A stretch of 64,000 nt of DNA from Candidatus Bathyarchaeota archaeon (GTDB lineage Archaea > Thermoproteota > Bathyarchaeia > Bathyarchaeales > Bathycorpusculaceae), in the NCBI GenBank assembly GCA_963733095.1, contig CAVTBV010000013.1, forward strand, positions 224,001 to 288,000, in the 5' to 3' direction. Shown piece by piece: positions 9,200-18,857 of this stretch. Every line of letters begins with the position of its first letter. Position 1 is the stretch's first letter. The notes beneath the pieces are model-generated. The model was not told the origin of the DNA. It searched no databases and saw only the letters and a program-made list of their open reading frames with translations. The position numbers and the translations under genes were made by a program.

Positions 9200-10354
9200 A
9201 TCAAAAGCAAAATCAGTTCTATTGGTTACGTGAATAAGATCCAAGAAAATGTCATGGGTATAAGAAAGAAGGAGTTGGCGCCTCTATACGAGGACCTTAA
9301 AGCCGCGGACTGCGTTATCTGCGGTGGGTCAGGTCGTTCGCTTTATTCACTTAACGCGGCTATGAGCCAGATTGCGCTTAGCCAAGCGGGTTGGCGAAAC
9401 AAAGTTGTCTTAACACCCGACGACCCGGGGTTTCCCGGTAAAAGCATGTATGATGCCGCCGCTGATCTAGAACGTCGCTACAAAAAAACCCTGCTCCTCA
9501 TGAATAGTGGCAGCGGCTACAGCGACGACCCCCTCGTCATGGCACAGGACCTAGCCAAATATATCGAAGAAAAGAAAAGCACCCATTTCTCCATGGGTCT
9601 CTTCACATCCGCTCCAGAGTCGCCATTATCAGAAATCACCCAAAAATACGGGCAAGTGGTTCAGCTAAAAGGACGCGGCAAATCCAAACCCGGCACCGAA
9701 TATGCCGAAACCGGCATGATGGGCGACATCTTCGAACTTGGCACCCTTGAAATCCTCAACAGCATGATTGAAGCCATATTCCGCAACCTTGAAGTAAATG
9801 ACGTCTTCCGACTGTGTGAAGAAGAATTTGAAAAAGTTGGCGATATGATAGACGACAACGTTAACAGCGAAACCTACACCCGACTCGTCGACATCATGGA
9901 AAAACGCACAAATGTGTTCCTCGGTGGAAAAGGCACAGGAAACGAAATCGCCAAAATGACTGGAGTGAGGCTCTTTCACATCAAAAGTTTCCTTGGTGAC
10001 AACGTTTACATTACACGGGGCGTCAACACGCCTCATCCAAGGGCGGGCGACTTGGAAATTCTGCTCTCGTTCTCAGGTGAAACAAGACCGGTAATCATTT
10101 GGGCTGATGTGCTCAAAAAGTTTGGCGGGACTGTCTTTGCAATAACTGGCAACAATGAGTCAACGCTCGCCAAAAAAGCTGACCTCAAAATCATCCTGCC
10201 CGAAAAAGTCAAGCCATCTACGCCACGACGCTTCTACACACGGGCAGCTTATGTTTTGAGCCCCCTGCCAGTGAAGCTTGCAGAACGCCTTGGTGAGCGA
10301 GGACTAAACCTGCCCGAATATATCATCAGCTGGTACCACTCCGTAACACAATAA
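9200..10354 (+). CDS. Tandem SIS-domain protein, 6-phospho-3-hexuloisomerase (HxlB/PHI)-like duplication
   Basis: Two SIS repeats: GGSGRS...MNSGSG...MGDIFE and LGGKG...LSFSGET...AITGNNESTLAKKADLKIILP; track start TTG9164. Confidence 0.75.
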   Translation: MKSKISSIGYVNKIQENVMGIRKKELAPLYEDLKAADCVICGGSGRSLYSLNAAMSQIALSQAGWRNKVVLTPDDPGFPGKSMYDAAADLERRYKKTLLLMNSGSGYSDDPLVMAQDLAKYIEEKKSTHFSMGLFTSAPESPLSEITQKYGQVVQLKGRGKSKPGTEYAETGMMGDIFELGTLEILNSMIEAIFRNLEVNDVFRLCEEEFEKVGDMIDDNVNSETYTRLVDIMEKRTNVFLGGKGTGNEIAKMTGVRLFHIKSFLGDNVYITRGVNTPHPRAGDLEILLSFSGETRPVIIWADVLKKFGGTVFAITGNNESTLAKKADLKIILPEKVKPSTPRRFYTRAAYVLSPLPVKLAERLGERGLNLPEYIISWYHSVTQ

Positions 10355-10382
10355 CCAATAAAGAGAGGTTAAAGCCCCATTT

Positions 10383-11807
10383 TTACTGGTTTTTTAGCCA
10401 GAAGGGTTTGCCCAAGAGGAAATCGGTTAAGAACTCGGCAAAATCCCCGTTTTCCCCGTATATTTCAAGGGCCTCACTGTTGACGAGAACTTGAAGATTT
10501 TTTTGGATAGTTTTTGCAACTAAATCTGCAACGCCAACGTTCTTTCCCCCGTCCACCAATTTTTCTTTAAGAAGTACAATGGCATCAGTTGTTTTGCGAG
10601 GCAACTCAACCATCCAGCGCCCATCTTCTATATAGGGACCAGAAATCACCCTTTGGTTGTTGCTGTATTTGGATAAGTATTTTTTGCATTCGGCTTCTCG
10701 TTCTAGCGGCGGTCCCACATGCTTCTTTATGTTGGGCAATACTTGCTGCTCCAGCTTAAAAGCGAAAATGCTTTGGAATTTCTCGTTGCTCCAAACTGCG
10801 TCTTTGAGAACCCTAAAATCATTTAACTCAAGCAATGTTCGCAGCGAACGCTTGGACCTGAAGAGTTGCCCCCAAAGAACATCAGGGACAGCCTTCAACT
10901 CGCCTAAAACCAAAAATAAAATGGAATAGTTACGACTGCTCAGCTGTGTCTTTAGTGCTTCATGAGACAAAACTGTGGGTTTAGGCGGATAGAAGAATTC
11001 TTCGGAAGGCTTTTTCAAAAATTCCCGTGATGCTCCGACGAATGTGTAGAGTTTTTGGGGTTGCACCGCTGAAGCCACATTTCTTCCCTTATCAACAGGG
11101 TCAACGATTGCCAAGGGCTCTGGAAAAAGCAAGGTAAGCTCGTTTTCTCGATTTGTGTAGTAACCTTCAAGGTCAATTACTACCCGACAATTATACTGGG
11201 CAAAGGCACTTATGGTTTCAGCAAAGGAACCGTACTTCATTACTAAAAGTTCACAGAGATAACCGCTAAAACCTCCCACCTTAATTTCTGCACCGTAAAC
11301 GTCGATGGCTGCCATGAACTTTTTGAGAAGCCGAACCTCCCCATGCATCTCAGCGCTCAAACGTGATTTAATGTAGTCTGTGTGGTAGGGTGTCCGGTCT
11401 GTTGCGCTTTGCCATTTACCCGGTTTGGTATCGTAGCATGGAACAATGTCTATTCGGTGGCCTTCTGAGAAGATTTCAAGGTAAGGATGTTCAGCGAAAC
11501 GTTCAATCTGCTCTGCGCCCTCAGCGGCTTTTTTCGCGATTTTTAAGCCTACATCGCCTAGGTTTTTGCGTGGTATTGAGGTAGGTAGGCGTATGAAAAT
11601 GTCGATGTCAAGACTATCGCGTAGCCATGTGTCCTTGGCAACTGAACCTTCAACGCGGACGACTGCGCTTATGCCTTCTTGCTGGCAAACCAAAGTGATT
11701 TTATTTTCTAACTCTTTGGTTAAAACCTCAACTGTTGCATAATCCTTCTCTTTAGGCGTGATTTTTTCAAGAATCCGCTTAGTCAACGAATCTAATTCGT
11801 TTTCCAT
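10383..11807 (-). CDS. cca: CCA-adding enzyme (archaeal class I tRNA nucleotidyltransferase)
   Basis: EGSVAKDTWL..DIDIF, FAEHPY, DIVPCY, SATDRTPYHT, GGFSGYLCELL, DPVDKGRNVASA. Confidence 0.96.
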   Translation of the reverse strand: MENELDSLTKRILEKITPKEKDYATVEVLTKELENKITLVCQQEGISAVVRVEGSVAKDTWLRDSLDIDIFIRLPTSIPRKNLGDVGLKIAKKAAEGAEQIERFAEHPYLEIFSEGHRIDIVPCYDTKPGKWQSATDRTPYHTDYIKSRLSAEMHGEVRLLKKFMAAIDVYGAEIKVGGFSGYLCELLVMKYGSFAETISAFAQYNCRVVIDLEGYYTNRENELTLLFPEPLAIVDPVDKGRNVASAVQPQKLYTFVGASREFLKKPSEEFFYPPKPTVLSHEALKTQLSSRNYSILFLVLGELKAVPDVLWGQLFRSKRSLRTLLELNDFRVLKDAVWSNEKFQSIFAFKLEQQVLPNIKKHVGPPLEREAECKKYLSKYSNNQRVISGPYIEDGRWMVELPRKTTDAIVLLKEKLVDGGKNVGVADLVAKTIQKNLQVLVNSEALEIYGENGDFAEFLTDFLLGKPFWLKNQ

Positions 11808-11816
11808 GGTTATCAG

Positions 11817-12389
11817 TTAGGGGCAATATTCTTTGAGTGTTGAGTAAGTTGGACCTTTGGGCGATAGCTGGCTTTTTTTCAGCCGCAAACAATCTGCCCG
11901 TATGTTGCCAAAGTCATAATTAGCCTGTTTAGTTACGAGGTCCACTAATCTTTGTTTATTGGCGCCTGACCGAACACGCGCGATGGTTAAATGTGGGGTA
12001 AATCCGTTGGGGTCTGGCGCGAAACCTAACTCGTGGATTTGAGGCTCAAGCTGCTCAAAGATGCTCTTTAGTTGTTCAGCCCCATCAGTTATTCCTGCCC
12101 AAACCACCCGTGGATAATTAAGTGTTGGAAAAACCCCTAACCCAGCCAACTGGATGTTAAAAGGACTAAACTTCACGTTCTTCATTACTTCATAAACTTT
12201 CTCTATCTGTCCAAGGCTGATTCCGCCGAGAAAACGCAGAGAAATATGAATGTTTTTTGGTTCAACAAGTTTTAGATCTGCATTTGTTTGAATCAACATC
12301 TTTTGCGCAGCGGCAAGCCTGTTTAACACGTTGTCGTTTTTTATATCGAAAGCGATGAAGCTTCTAATTTGTGGTACTGGTTCTGACAT
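11817..12389 (-). CDS. thpR: RNA 2',3'-cyclic phosphodiesterase (2H phosphoesterase)
   Basis: RSFIAF, HISLRFLG, PRVVWAG, FTPHLTIAR, GPTY; directly upstream of cca. Confidence 0.94.
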   Translation of the reverse strand: MSEPVPQIRSFIAFDIKNDNVLNRLAAAQKMLIQTNADLKLVEPKNIHISLRFLGGISLGQIEKVYEVMKNVKFSPFNIQLAGLGVFPTLNYPRVVWAGITDGAEQLKSIFEQLEPQIHELGFAPDPNGFTPHLTIARVRSGANKQRLVDLVTKQANYDFGNIRADCLRLKKSQLSPKGPTYSTLKEYCP

Positions 12390-12462
12390 GGTGCATCTTC
12401 ACTGTTTTTAACACATAACCCTCATAAATGCTTTTTAATCTATTCGTTTTACACATTCTCGA

Positions 12463-13221
12463 TTATTTTTGCTCTCTTGATTTTTGAGTAGCTGAAAAGT
12501 CTTTTTGGAAATAGTTGGGTAAATCTGATTTAGCAGGTTTAGGTTTCTCTGAGGGTTCTTTCATTTCTAACACTTTGTCTGTGCACAGTTTTGCTTCGTC
12601 ATTTCTGCCAAGTTTTGTCAAAATAACTCCTTTAACAATCAACGCCTCGGCGAAATTTGGCTTCAACCTTAAAGCTTGATCAATCGATTCGAGTGCTGTT
12701 TGATAATTGCCTTTGTTTCCTTGGGTTATTCCGATCAAGTAGTGGATTTGGGAGTTATTAGGTTTTTGTATTAGCAGGTCTTCGTAGCATTTTTGGGCTT
12801 CTTCAAACTTTTTTAGTTTTTGATAGAACGCTGCTAAGCGTAAGTAAAAGTCTATGTTGTCGGGTTCCAACTCGATCGCTTTAAGCTCGCACTCGACGGC
12901 TTGGTCATAGCGGTTCATCAGGCTGTAGGTGGCTCCCTTTAGATGCCACGCGTTTGCAAAATGGGGGGATAGCTCGATTATTTTATCGTAGCACTTTAAC
13001 GATTCAGCGCATCTGCCCAACTGACCTAAAATTACACCTTTCATTACCCATGCGTCTACATAGTTTTCTTGCAGTTTAAGGGCTTCATCGATGGACATTA
13101 AAGCGCTTTCATATTTACCTGCATCTTTACAAGAAATTCCGTTCTTCAGTTTAGCAGCAGCGTTGAACTGCCCTTTTGTATCAATATTTGGTTCTCTTTC
13201 AACCATGCCCTTAACCTTCAA
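12463..13221 (-). CDS. Tetratricopeptide repeat protein
   Basis: About 6 TPR units (AWVMKGVILGQLG, AWHLKGATYSLMNRY, ALIVKGVILTKLGRNDEA). Confidence 0.9.
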   Translation of the reverse strand: MKVKGMVEREPNIDTKGQFNAAAKLKNGISCKDAGKYESALMSIDEALKLQENYVDAWVMKGVILGQLGRCAESLKCYDKIIELSPHFANAWHLKGATYSLMNRYDQAVECELKAIELEPDNIDFYLRLAAFYQKLKKFEEAQKCYEDLLIQKPNNSQIHYLIGITQGNKGNYQTALESIDQALRLKPNFAEALIVKGVILTKLGRNDEAKLCTDKVLEMKEPSEKPKPAKSDLPNYFQKDFSATQKSREQK

Positions 13222-13548
13222 AGTACGACTTGAAATTAGCCCGTTGTTCTTAAATGATAAAACAAGGATTCTTAATTTATAATTAATCGCTTGGAAAAAT
13301 ACAATACATTTGCATAGGTTGAGCTAATTTTTTGAGTATTTGTATAAGTTATGACTTTCCATGCTTTAAATCGATGAAGCCGTGCTTGTATTATAGTAGC
13401 TTGAACAATTTTGGCTTAAATAGTCATTTACTCCTTATCTGCTTAAATTCCTTTATGGTTATCTCGGAAATACAAACAAGCGCTTTTGTAAAACAAACGC
13501 TTTTAATTGAGACGCTTGCTAATATGAACCAAAAAAAGGGTAACTTAC

Positions 13549-14115
13549 GTGAACGCTGACAAATTGGTTATTGGTTTAGCAGGGATGCCTGGTTCAGGGA
13601 AATCATTGGTTGTTAATACTGCGCGCGAGCTGGGTTACGATGTTGTGGTAATGGGTGATGTGGTTAGAAACGAAACCCTCGACCGCGGTTTGGAGTTGAA
13701 TCCCCAGAACGTTGGAAAAGTTATGCTTCGTCTTCGGGAAGAGGGCGGGAACTTTGTTATTGCCCAGAAATGCATCCCTAAAATTGAGGAACAAACAAGC
13801 CCAAAAGTCCTCATAGATGGACTGAGAAGCCTGCATGAAGCTGACATCTTCAAAGAGCACTTCGCCAAATTCAGTCTCGTGGCAATCCACGCTTCTCCCG
13901 AAACCCGCTTTAACCGCCTATCAAACCGCCATCGAAGCGACGACCCTGCGGAATGGAAGGTCTTCAACGAACGGGACATGCGGGAACTAGGCGTTGGTTT
14001 AGGTAATGTTATAGCGATGGCTCAGCAGATAATAGTGAACGATAATAGCTTCGAACATGTTAAGGCTAAAGTGAAAGAATCACTTGCGAGGGTTGAGGAG
14101 AAATGGTTGAAGTAA
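13549..14115 (+). CDS. UPF0200 P-loop kinase (dephospho-CoA/nucleotide kinase-like)
   Basis: GLAGMPGSGKS, MGDVVR, IDGLRS, RDMRELGVG. Confidence 0.88.
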   Translation: MNADKLVIGLAGMPGSGKSLVVNTARELGYDVVVMGDVVRNETLDRGLELNPQNVGKVMLRLREEGGNFVIAQKCIPKIEEQTSPKVLIDGLRSLHEADIFKEHFAKFSLVAIHASPETRFNRLSNRHRSDDPAEWKVFNERDMRELGVGLGNVIAMAQQIIVNDNSFEHVKAKVKESLARVEEKWLK

Positions 14116-14501
14116 CAGTTTTTGTTGAAACCGAAATTAATCCAACGGAAAGTGAAGAAAAAGTTAAACAAGCGGTCAATAACTTTTTGGATGACGCAAC
14201 CATAGCGGTCAAGCCCGCAGTCAAGGGCAGCAGTTTAACTGCAGTAGCTAAAGGGCAAAATTCACTGCTTAAACTACGCAATATGCTACGCAACGACCGA
14301 ATCCGCGATGCGTCACGACGTTTGCTTTTCAAGTCAATACGAGGAAACATGATTTCATTTTGCTTAAACAAGCAGGTGGCTTTTGCAGGACACATCTCCT
14401 TCTCTGAACAAACCGCTGAGTCGCCGTTGGGTCCCATAAGAGTCAACATTGAGACTGATAATACAGAACAGCTAATCGATTGGCTTGCAGAAAAAACTTA
14501 G
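14103..14501 (+). CDS. UPF0201/DUF54 RNA-binding-domain protein
   Basis: PTESEEKVKQAV, IRDASR, LNKQVAFAG, SPLGPI, LIDWLA. Confidence 0.9.
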   Translation: MVEVTVFVETEINPTESEEKVKQAVNNFLDDATIAVKPAVKGSSLTAVAKGQNSLLKLRNMLRNDRIRDASRRLLFKSIRGNMISFCLNKQVAFAGHISFSEQTAESPLGPIRVNIETDNTEQLIDWLAEKT

Positions 14502-14514
14502 CAGGAAGATAAGG

Positions 14515-15534
14515 TTGGCTGAAAGGGCACTGGTAACTAAGAGCGGCGCGGTTTTGTTAGGTGACAGCGTAGCATGCGATGCCCACGATGCTTCACGACC
14601 TATGCGGGTTGTTACTCACGCACATGCAGATCACCTCTATGGTTTGCGAAGCAGCCTGAAAGGTTGCGAAAAAGTTTTGATGACCAAAGCCACCCGCGAC
14701 CTCACAGAAACCCTCAACGAATCACTCAAACTCAAAGACTCCTCTGCAGTAAAAACCTTAGAGTACGGCAAGGTATTCAAGTACGGCAAAGAAAAAATCA
14801 GCTTCATCAAAGCCGACCACATCTTGGGTGCTTGCCAAGTTTTGGTTGAGGATGAAGGCGGCATACGCATCGTTTGGACGGGCGATTTCAGGCTTGAAGG
14901 CACCGCCGTCGTGGACTGTGATGTTTTGGTTGTGGAAGCCACGTATGGGAGCCCATCATGCAGACGCAACTTTGACGTTGACGTACGCGAACTCTTAGTT
15001 TCCATGATAGAGAAACGTCTGCGCGGCGGCACAGTTTACGTGTTCGGCTACCATGGCAAACTCCAAGAAGTCATGCAAATCCTGCGCAAAGCCGACGTTG
15101 AAGTGCCCTTTGTTATGCCTGAACGCGTTTACGAGGTTACCAAGGTTTGTGAAAAACACGGGATGGATCTTGGTTGTCTCTCTCTGTCTACCGACCATGA
15201 CGGACATGAGCTTTTAGATGGCAACCTGCCCTGCGTGGCATTCTACCATATGAATCAGCGCCAGCACGTGGGTCTGCGGAATGCGCGGATTTGTGTGAGT
15301 GGTTGGGAGTTTCGTAATCCTTGCAGGCAAATCGGCGACCGCGAACACCTCGTAGCCCTCAGCGACCACTCAGACTTTGACGGCTTAATCGAATATGTTA
15401 AACGCTCCAAAGCAAAGCAGGTTATCACTGACAATTACCGCAGCAACGGTGATGCGTTAGCTCAGGAAATCAGCAAGCGCTTAGGCGTATCCGCCGTCGC
15501 CATGCCCAGAGCCAACGGTCAAACTACCCTCTAA
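14515..15534 (+). CDS. MBL-fold metallo-hydrolase / putative exonuclease
   Basis: VTHAHADH, ADHILGA, WTGDF, VEATYG, LSDHSDF; TTG14515 follows an AGGAAG motif (track start 14485). Confidence 0.88.
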   Translation: MAERALVTKSGAVLLGDSVACDAHDASRPMRVVTHAHADHLYGLRSSLKGCEKVLMTKATRDLTETLNESLKLKDSSAVKTLEYGKVFKYGKEKISFIKADHILGACQVLVEDEGGIRIVWTGDFRLEGTAVVDCDVLVVEATYGSPSCRRNFDVDVRELLVSMIEKRLRGGTVYVFGYHGKLQEVMQILRKADVEVPFVMPERVYEVTKVCEKHGMDLGCLSLSTDHDGHELLDGNLPCVAFYHMNQRQHVGLRNARICVSGWEFRNPCRQIGDREHLVALSDHSDFDGLIEYVKRSKAKQVITDNYRSNGDALAQEISKRLGVSAVAMPRANGQTTL

Positions 15535-15607
15535 CTACAAGATTTTGAGGACTGGGTTGGTTAAAGTTTAAAAGCTAAGAGCCAAACACACATGCAAGTG
15601 AAATAGC

Positions 15608-16879
15608 ATGGCTAAATCATCTGTAATCTCGGGTTTCTACAAGCTGCCGCCCAAAGAGCGGTTAGCAATCATTAAAGATTTTGCCAATTTAACAGAAGAT
15701 GAAGTGCGTCTATTGGAGAACACTGGTTCTTTACCCATGGATGTGGCTGATCGCATGGTTGAAAACGTCATTGGCGTCTTTCCCGAGCCAATGGGCATAG
15801 GCGTTAACTTCCAAATCAACGGCAAAGACTACCTGATTCCCATGGCTACCGAAGAGCCAAGCGTAATTGCCGCAGCCAGCTACGCCGCAAAGATGGTTCG
15901 CGACGGCGGAGGCTTCCACACTAGCAGCACTGCGCCAGTGATGATTGGGCAAATCCAACTTGTCAACCTAAAAGACGCGAAAACCGCTCAAAAACAGGTT
16001 TTCGACGCAAAAGTAGACCTTCTTAAGAAAGCAAACGACCAAGACCCCGTCCTCAACCAATTCGGCGGCGGAGCCAAAGACCTCGATGCCCGAGTAATCG
16101 AAACAACCATGGGACAAATGCTCATCGTCCACTTGTTTGTTGACTGCCGAGACGCAATGGGCGCTAACGCCGTTAATACGATGGCAGAGGCAATTGCGCC
16201 CGTGATTGAGAAGCTAACAGGCGGGCATGTCTACCTCAGAATAATCTCTAACCTTGCAGTAAAGCGTCTCGCTAAAGCATGGTGCACCCTTCCCAAAGAA
16301 TCGTTGGGCGGAGAAGGAGTTGTCGACGGCATCGCTTATGCGTCGGCTTTTGCAGCAGCTGACCCCTACCGTGCAGCAACCCACAACAAAGGCGCCCTAA
16401 ACGGCATTATCGCAGTGGTTTTAGCCACAGGCAACGACCATCGTGCCATCGAAGCAGGAGCTCACGCCTACGCCGCATTCAACGGACCATATACATCTAT
16501 ATCTAAATGGGCCAAAAACGCCAACGGCGACCTAGAAGGCACCATTGAGTTGCCTATGGCTGTTGGCTTAATCGGCGGTGCAGTCAAAACCCACCCAATC
16601 GCCAGAATCGCCATGAAAATCTTAGGCGTCAAATCTGCAAATGAATTCGGCGAAGTCTTAGCCGCTGTCGGATTAGCCCAAAACCTCGGTGCCCTCCGCG
16701 CCCTTTCAAATGAAGGCATCCAGCGGGGCCATATGTCTCTGCACGCACGCAACATCGCAGTAACCGCAGGTGCCAAAGACAACCAAATCGACATTGTGGC
16801 GGAACGTATGGTTAAGGAACGTAAAGTTCGCGTGGACCGCGCCACAGAAATACTTGAAGATTTGACGAAAAAACAGTAA
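15608..16879 (+). CDS. mvaA: Hydroxymethylglutaryl-CoA reductase, class II (degradative type)
   Basis: ENVIG, PMATEEPSVIAAAS, DAMGANAVNT, RIISNL, RAATHNKG, GNDHRAIEAG, GLAQN, GIQRGHMSLH. Confidence 0.95.
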   Translation: MAKSSVISGFYKLPPKERLAIIKDFANLTEDEVRLLENTGSLPMDVADRMVENVIGVFPEPMGIGVNFQINGKDYLIPMATEEPSVIAAASYAAKMVRDGGGFHTSSTAPVMIGQIQLVNLKDAKTAQKQVFDAKVDLLKKANDQDPVLNQFGGGAKDLDARVIETTMGQMLIVHLFVDCRDAMGANAVNTMAEAIAPVIEKLTGGHVYLRIISNLAVKRLAKAWCTLPKESLGGEGVVDGIAYASAFAAADPYRAATHNKGALNGIIAVVLATGNDHRAIEAGAHAYAAFNGPYTSISKWAKNANGDLEGTIELPMAVGLIGGAVKTHPIARIAMKILGVKSANEFGEVLAAVGLAQNLGALRALSNEGIQRGHMSLHARNIAVTAGAKDNQIDIVAERMVKERKVRVDRATEILEDLTKKQ

Positions 16880-17038
16880 GGGTACGTTTAACTTTTTTTT
16901 ATCTTCTTCTATTATTAATCCATAGGTGTAGCAACTTTTAGCGCTACCTTTTGAAATCCAAAAAGCTCGAACGGAAAAATCACCATTTTAAGATGTGCAT
17001 ACTGAGTGAAACGGCTCTTCAGTGTTTCCATCTCTGGT

Positions 17039-18712
17039 CTATAGGTAGGCGTCGATTACATAGCGTCGCATCATTCGGTGGCTGTTAAAGTAATAGGCAA
17101 TTTTGCCAATCGAGTTCTTCATCATCCCAATCCATTCATCGTGCCTGTCATAGAACATTGGAGCAATAACGTATTCTATTTTGTTGTAGATGTCTTCTGC
17201 TTCTTTGGTTACGTAGTCTTGGTCGTCTACGTTTTCAGTTGAGTGGGAACCGATTGCCCAGCCCGTCAGGTTTTCTATCCAGCCTTCAATCCACCAGCCG
17301 TCTAAAACGCTGAAGTTAATGCCTCCGTTGTGGGCAGCTTTCATGCCGCTGGTTCCAGAAGCCTCCATCGGCCTTAGCGGTGTATTGAGCCAAACATCCA
17401 CGCCTCCAACCATCTTGGCAGCAATGTCCATGTTGTAATCTTCCAAATAAACAATTTCAATGTCCCCTTTAAGTTGCCTACCGTAACTGTAGATTTGTTC
17501 TATGAGTCGTTTGCCTCCATCATCACGAGGATGCGCTTTGCCTGCAAATATTGCTTGGAACTTCCCCTTGTGGCTGATTGAGCGTAATCTCTCAAGGTTC
17601 GAGAACAGCAAAGCGGGTCTTTTGTATTCGGTTGCTCTTCTGGCAAAACCAAACGTTAACACATCAGTGCTCAGATTCGCGTTTGACGCTTGGTTCGCGT
17701 AGTCTATTAGCACCTTTTTTTGTTCTTCGTGCGCTTGCCAGATTTCACAATCTGGAATAATGTCAACTTTCGCGAGCAACTCAGGCTCAATTGCCCAGCC
17801 TGCCAAGTACTTGTCAAAGACTTTCCGGTAACTCTTACCCGTCCATGTGAACGAGTGAACTCCGTTGGTTACGGCGTGGATTTTGTAGCCAGCAAACATT
17901 TTACTTGAAATTTCTTGGTGCCGTTTGGCAACGCCGTTAACGTAGTTGCTTAAGTTCAATGCTAAGGAAGTCATGTTTAATCTGTCGTGGCCACCAAATT
18001 CTTTTAACGTAGCAAAATCGGAATTGTCCAGTATTTCTGCAACTAATTCATAATTGAATTTGTCATGTCCAGCTTCTACAGGGGTATGTGTGGTGAAAAC
18101 GCAGAGTTCTCGCACCTTTTCGGCGTCTCCTGCGTGTTTGCGAAGGAGCTCTACTGATAGAAGGCTTGAGTGTCCCTCGTTCATGTGATATTTTCTAACC
18201 TTAAAACCCAAGGAATCAAGCATCCGCACGCCGCCAAAACCCAAAATCGCCTCCTGTTTGAGTCGGTACCTTTCGTTTCCGCCGTAGAGGTAGAAGGTTA
18301 TTTCCCTGTCTTGGGGGGTGTTTGCTTCGCAATATGTATCAAGAAACAGAACAGGAACGGAGCCACCGGTGACGCTTATGTATTTGTAGAGCCATGCCCT
18401 CACTTTAACGGTGCGTCCTTCGATTTGGACGTAGACTTCGTTTGGGAGGAGGGTCATTGTTTTTTCTGGGTTCCATTCTCTTGGCTGTTCGGATTGTCTT
18501 CCGTTTTGGTCGAGTTTTTGTTTAAAATAGTTTCTTTTGCTGATTAGAGTAATGGCGATGAGGGGGAGTTTTAGGTCGGCGCTTGAACGGATGGCGTCTC
18601 CTGCCAATGTGCCTAAGCCGCCAGCGTATGTTGGTATCTCGCTTGTTAAGCCTACTTCCATGGAGAAATAGGCTATTTTCTGTCCTTTCAGTACACCCTC
18701 TAATTCGCTCAT
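17039..18712 (-). CDS. glgP: Alpha-glucan phosphorylase (short form)
   Basis: AYFSME, YAGGLGTLAGD, HMNEGH, FTTHTPV, TNGVH, ARRATEYKR, AGKAHP, EASGTSGMK (PLP lysine). Confidence 0.95.
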   Translation of the reverse strand: MSELEGVLKGQKIAYFSMEVGLTSEIPTYAGGLGTLAGDAIRSSADLKLPLIAITLISKRNYFKQKLDQNGRQSEQPREWNPEKTMTLLPNEVYVQIEGRTVKVRAWLYKYISVTGGSVPVLFLDTYCEANTPQDREITFYLYGGNERYRLKQEAILGFGGVRMLDSLGFKVRKYHMNEGHSSLLSVELLRKHAGDAEKVRELCVFTTHTPVEAGHDKFNYELVAEILDNSDFATLKEFGGHDRLNMTSLALNLSNYVNGVAKRHQEISSKMFAGYKIHAVTNGVHSFTWTGKSYRKVFDKYLAGWAIEPELLAKVDIIPDCEIWQAHEEQKKVLIDYANQASNANLSTDVLTFGFARRATEYKRPALLFSNLERLRSISHKGKFQAIFAGKAHPRDDGGKRLIEQIYSYGRQLKGDIEIVYLEDYNMDIAAKMVGGVDVWLNTPLRPMEASGTSGMKAAHNGGINFSVLDGWWIEGWIENLTGWAIGSHSTENVDDQDYVTKEAEDIYNKIEYVIAPMFYDRHDEWIGMMKNSIGKIAYYFNSHRMMRRYVIDAYL

Positions 18713-18857
18713 GCTTGTTCCCCCTTACAACTGCTAACGAATCCGCTCACAAAGCAGTGTTAAATCTATCCTTGAACTGGTTTGCCTTTATCTACTTTTC
18801 CATGATCCAATTTTGATCAGTCAGCACTTTTTGAAAAATTAAAAGTTAAAAAATAGT

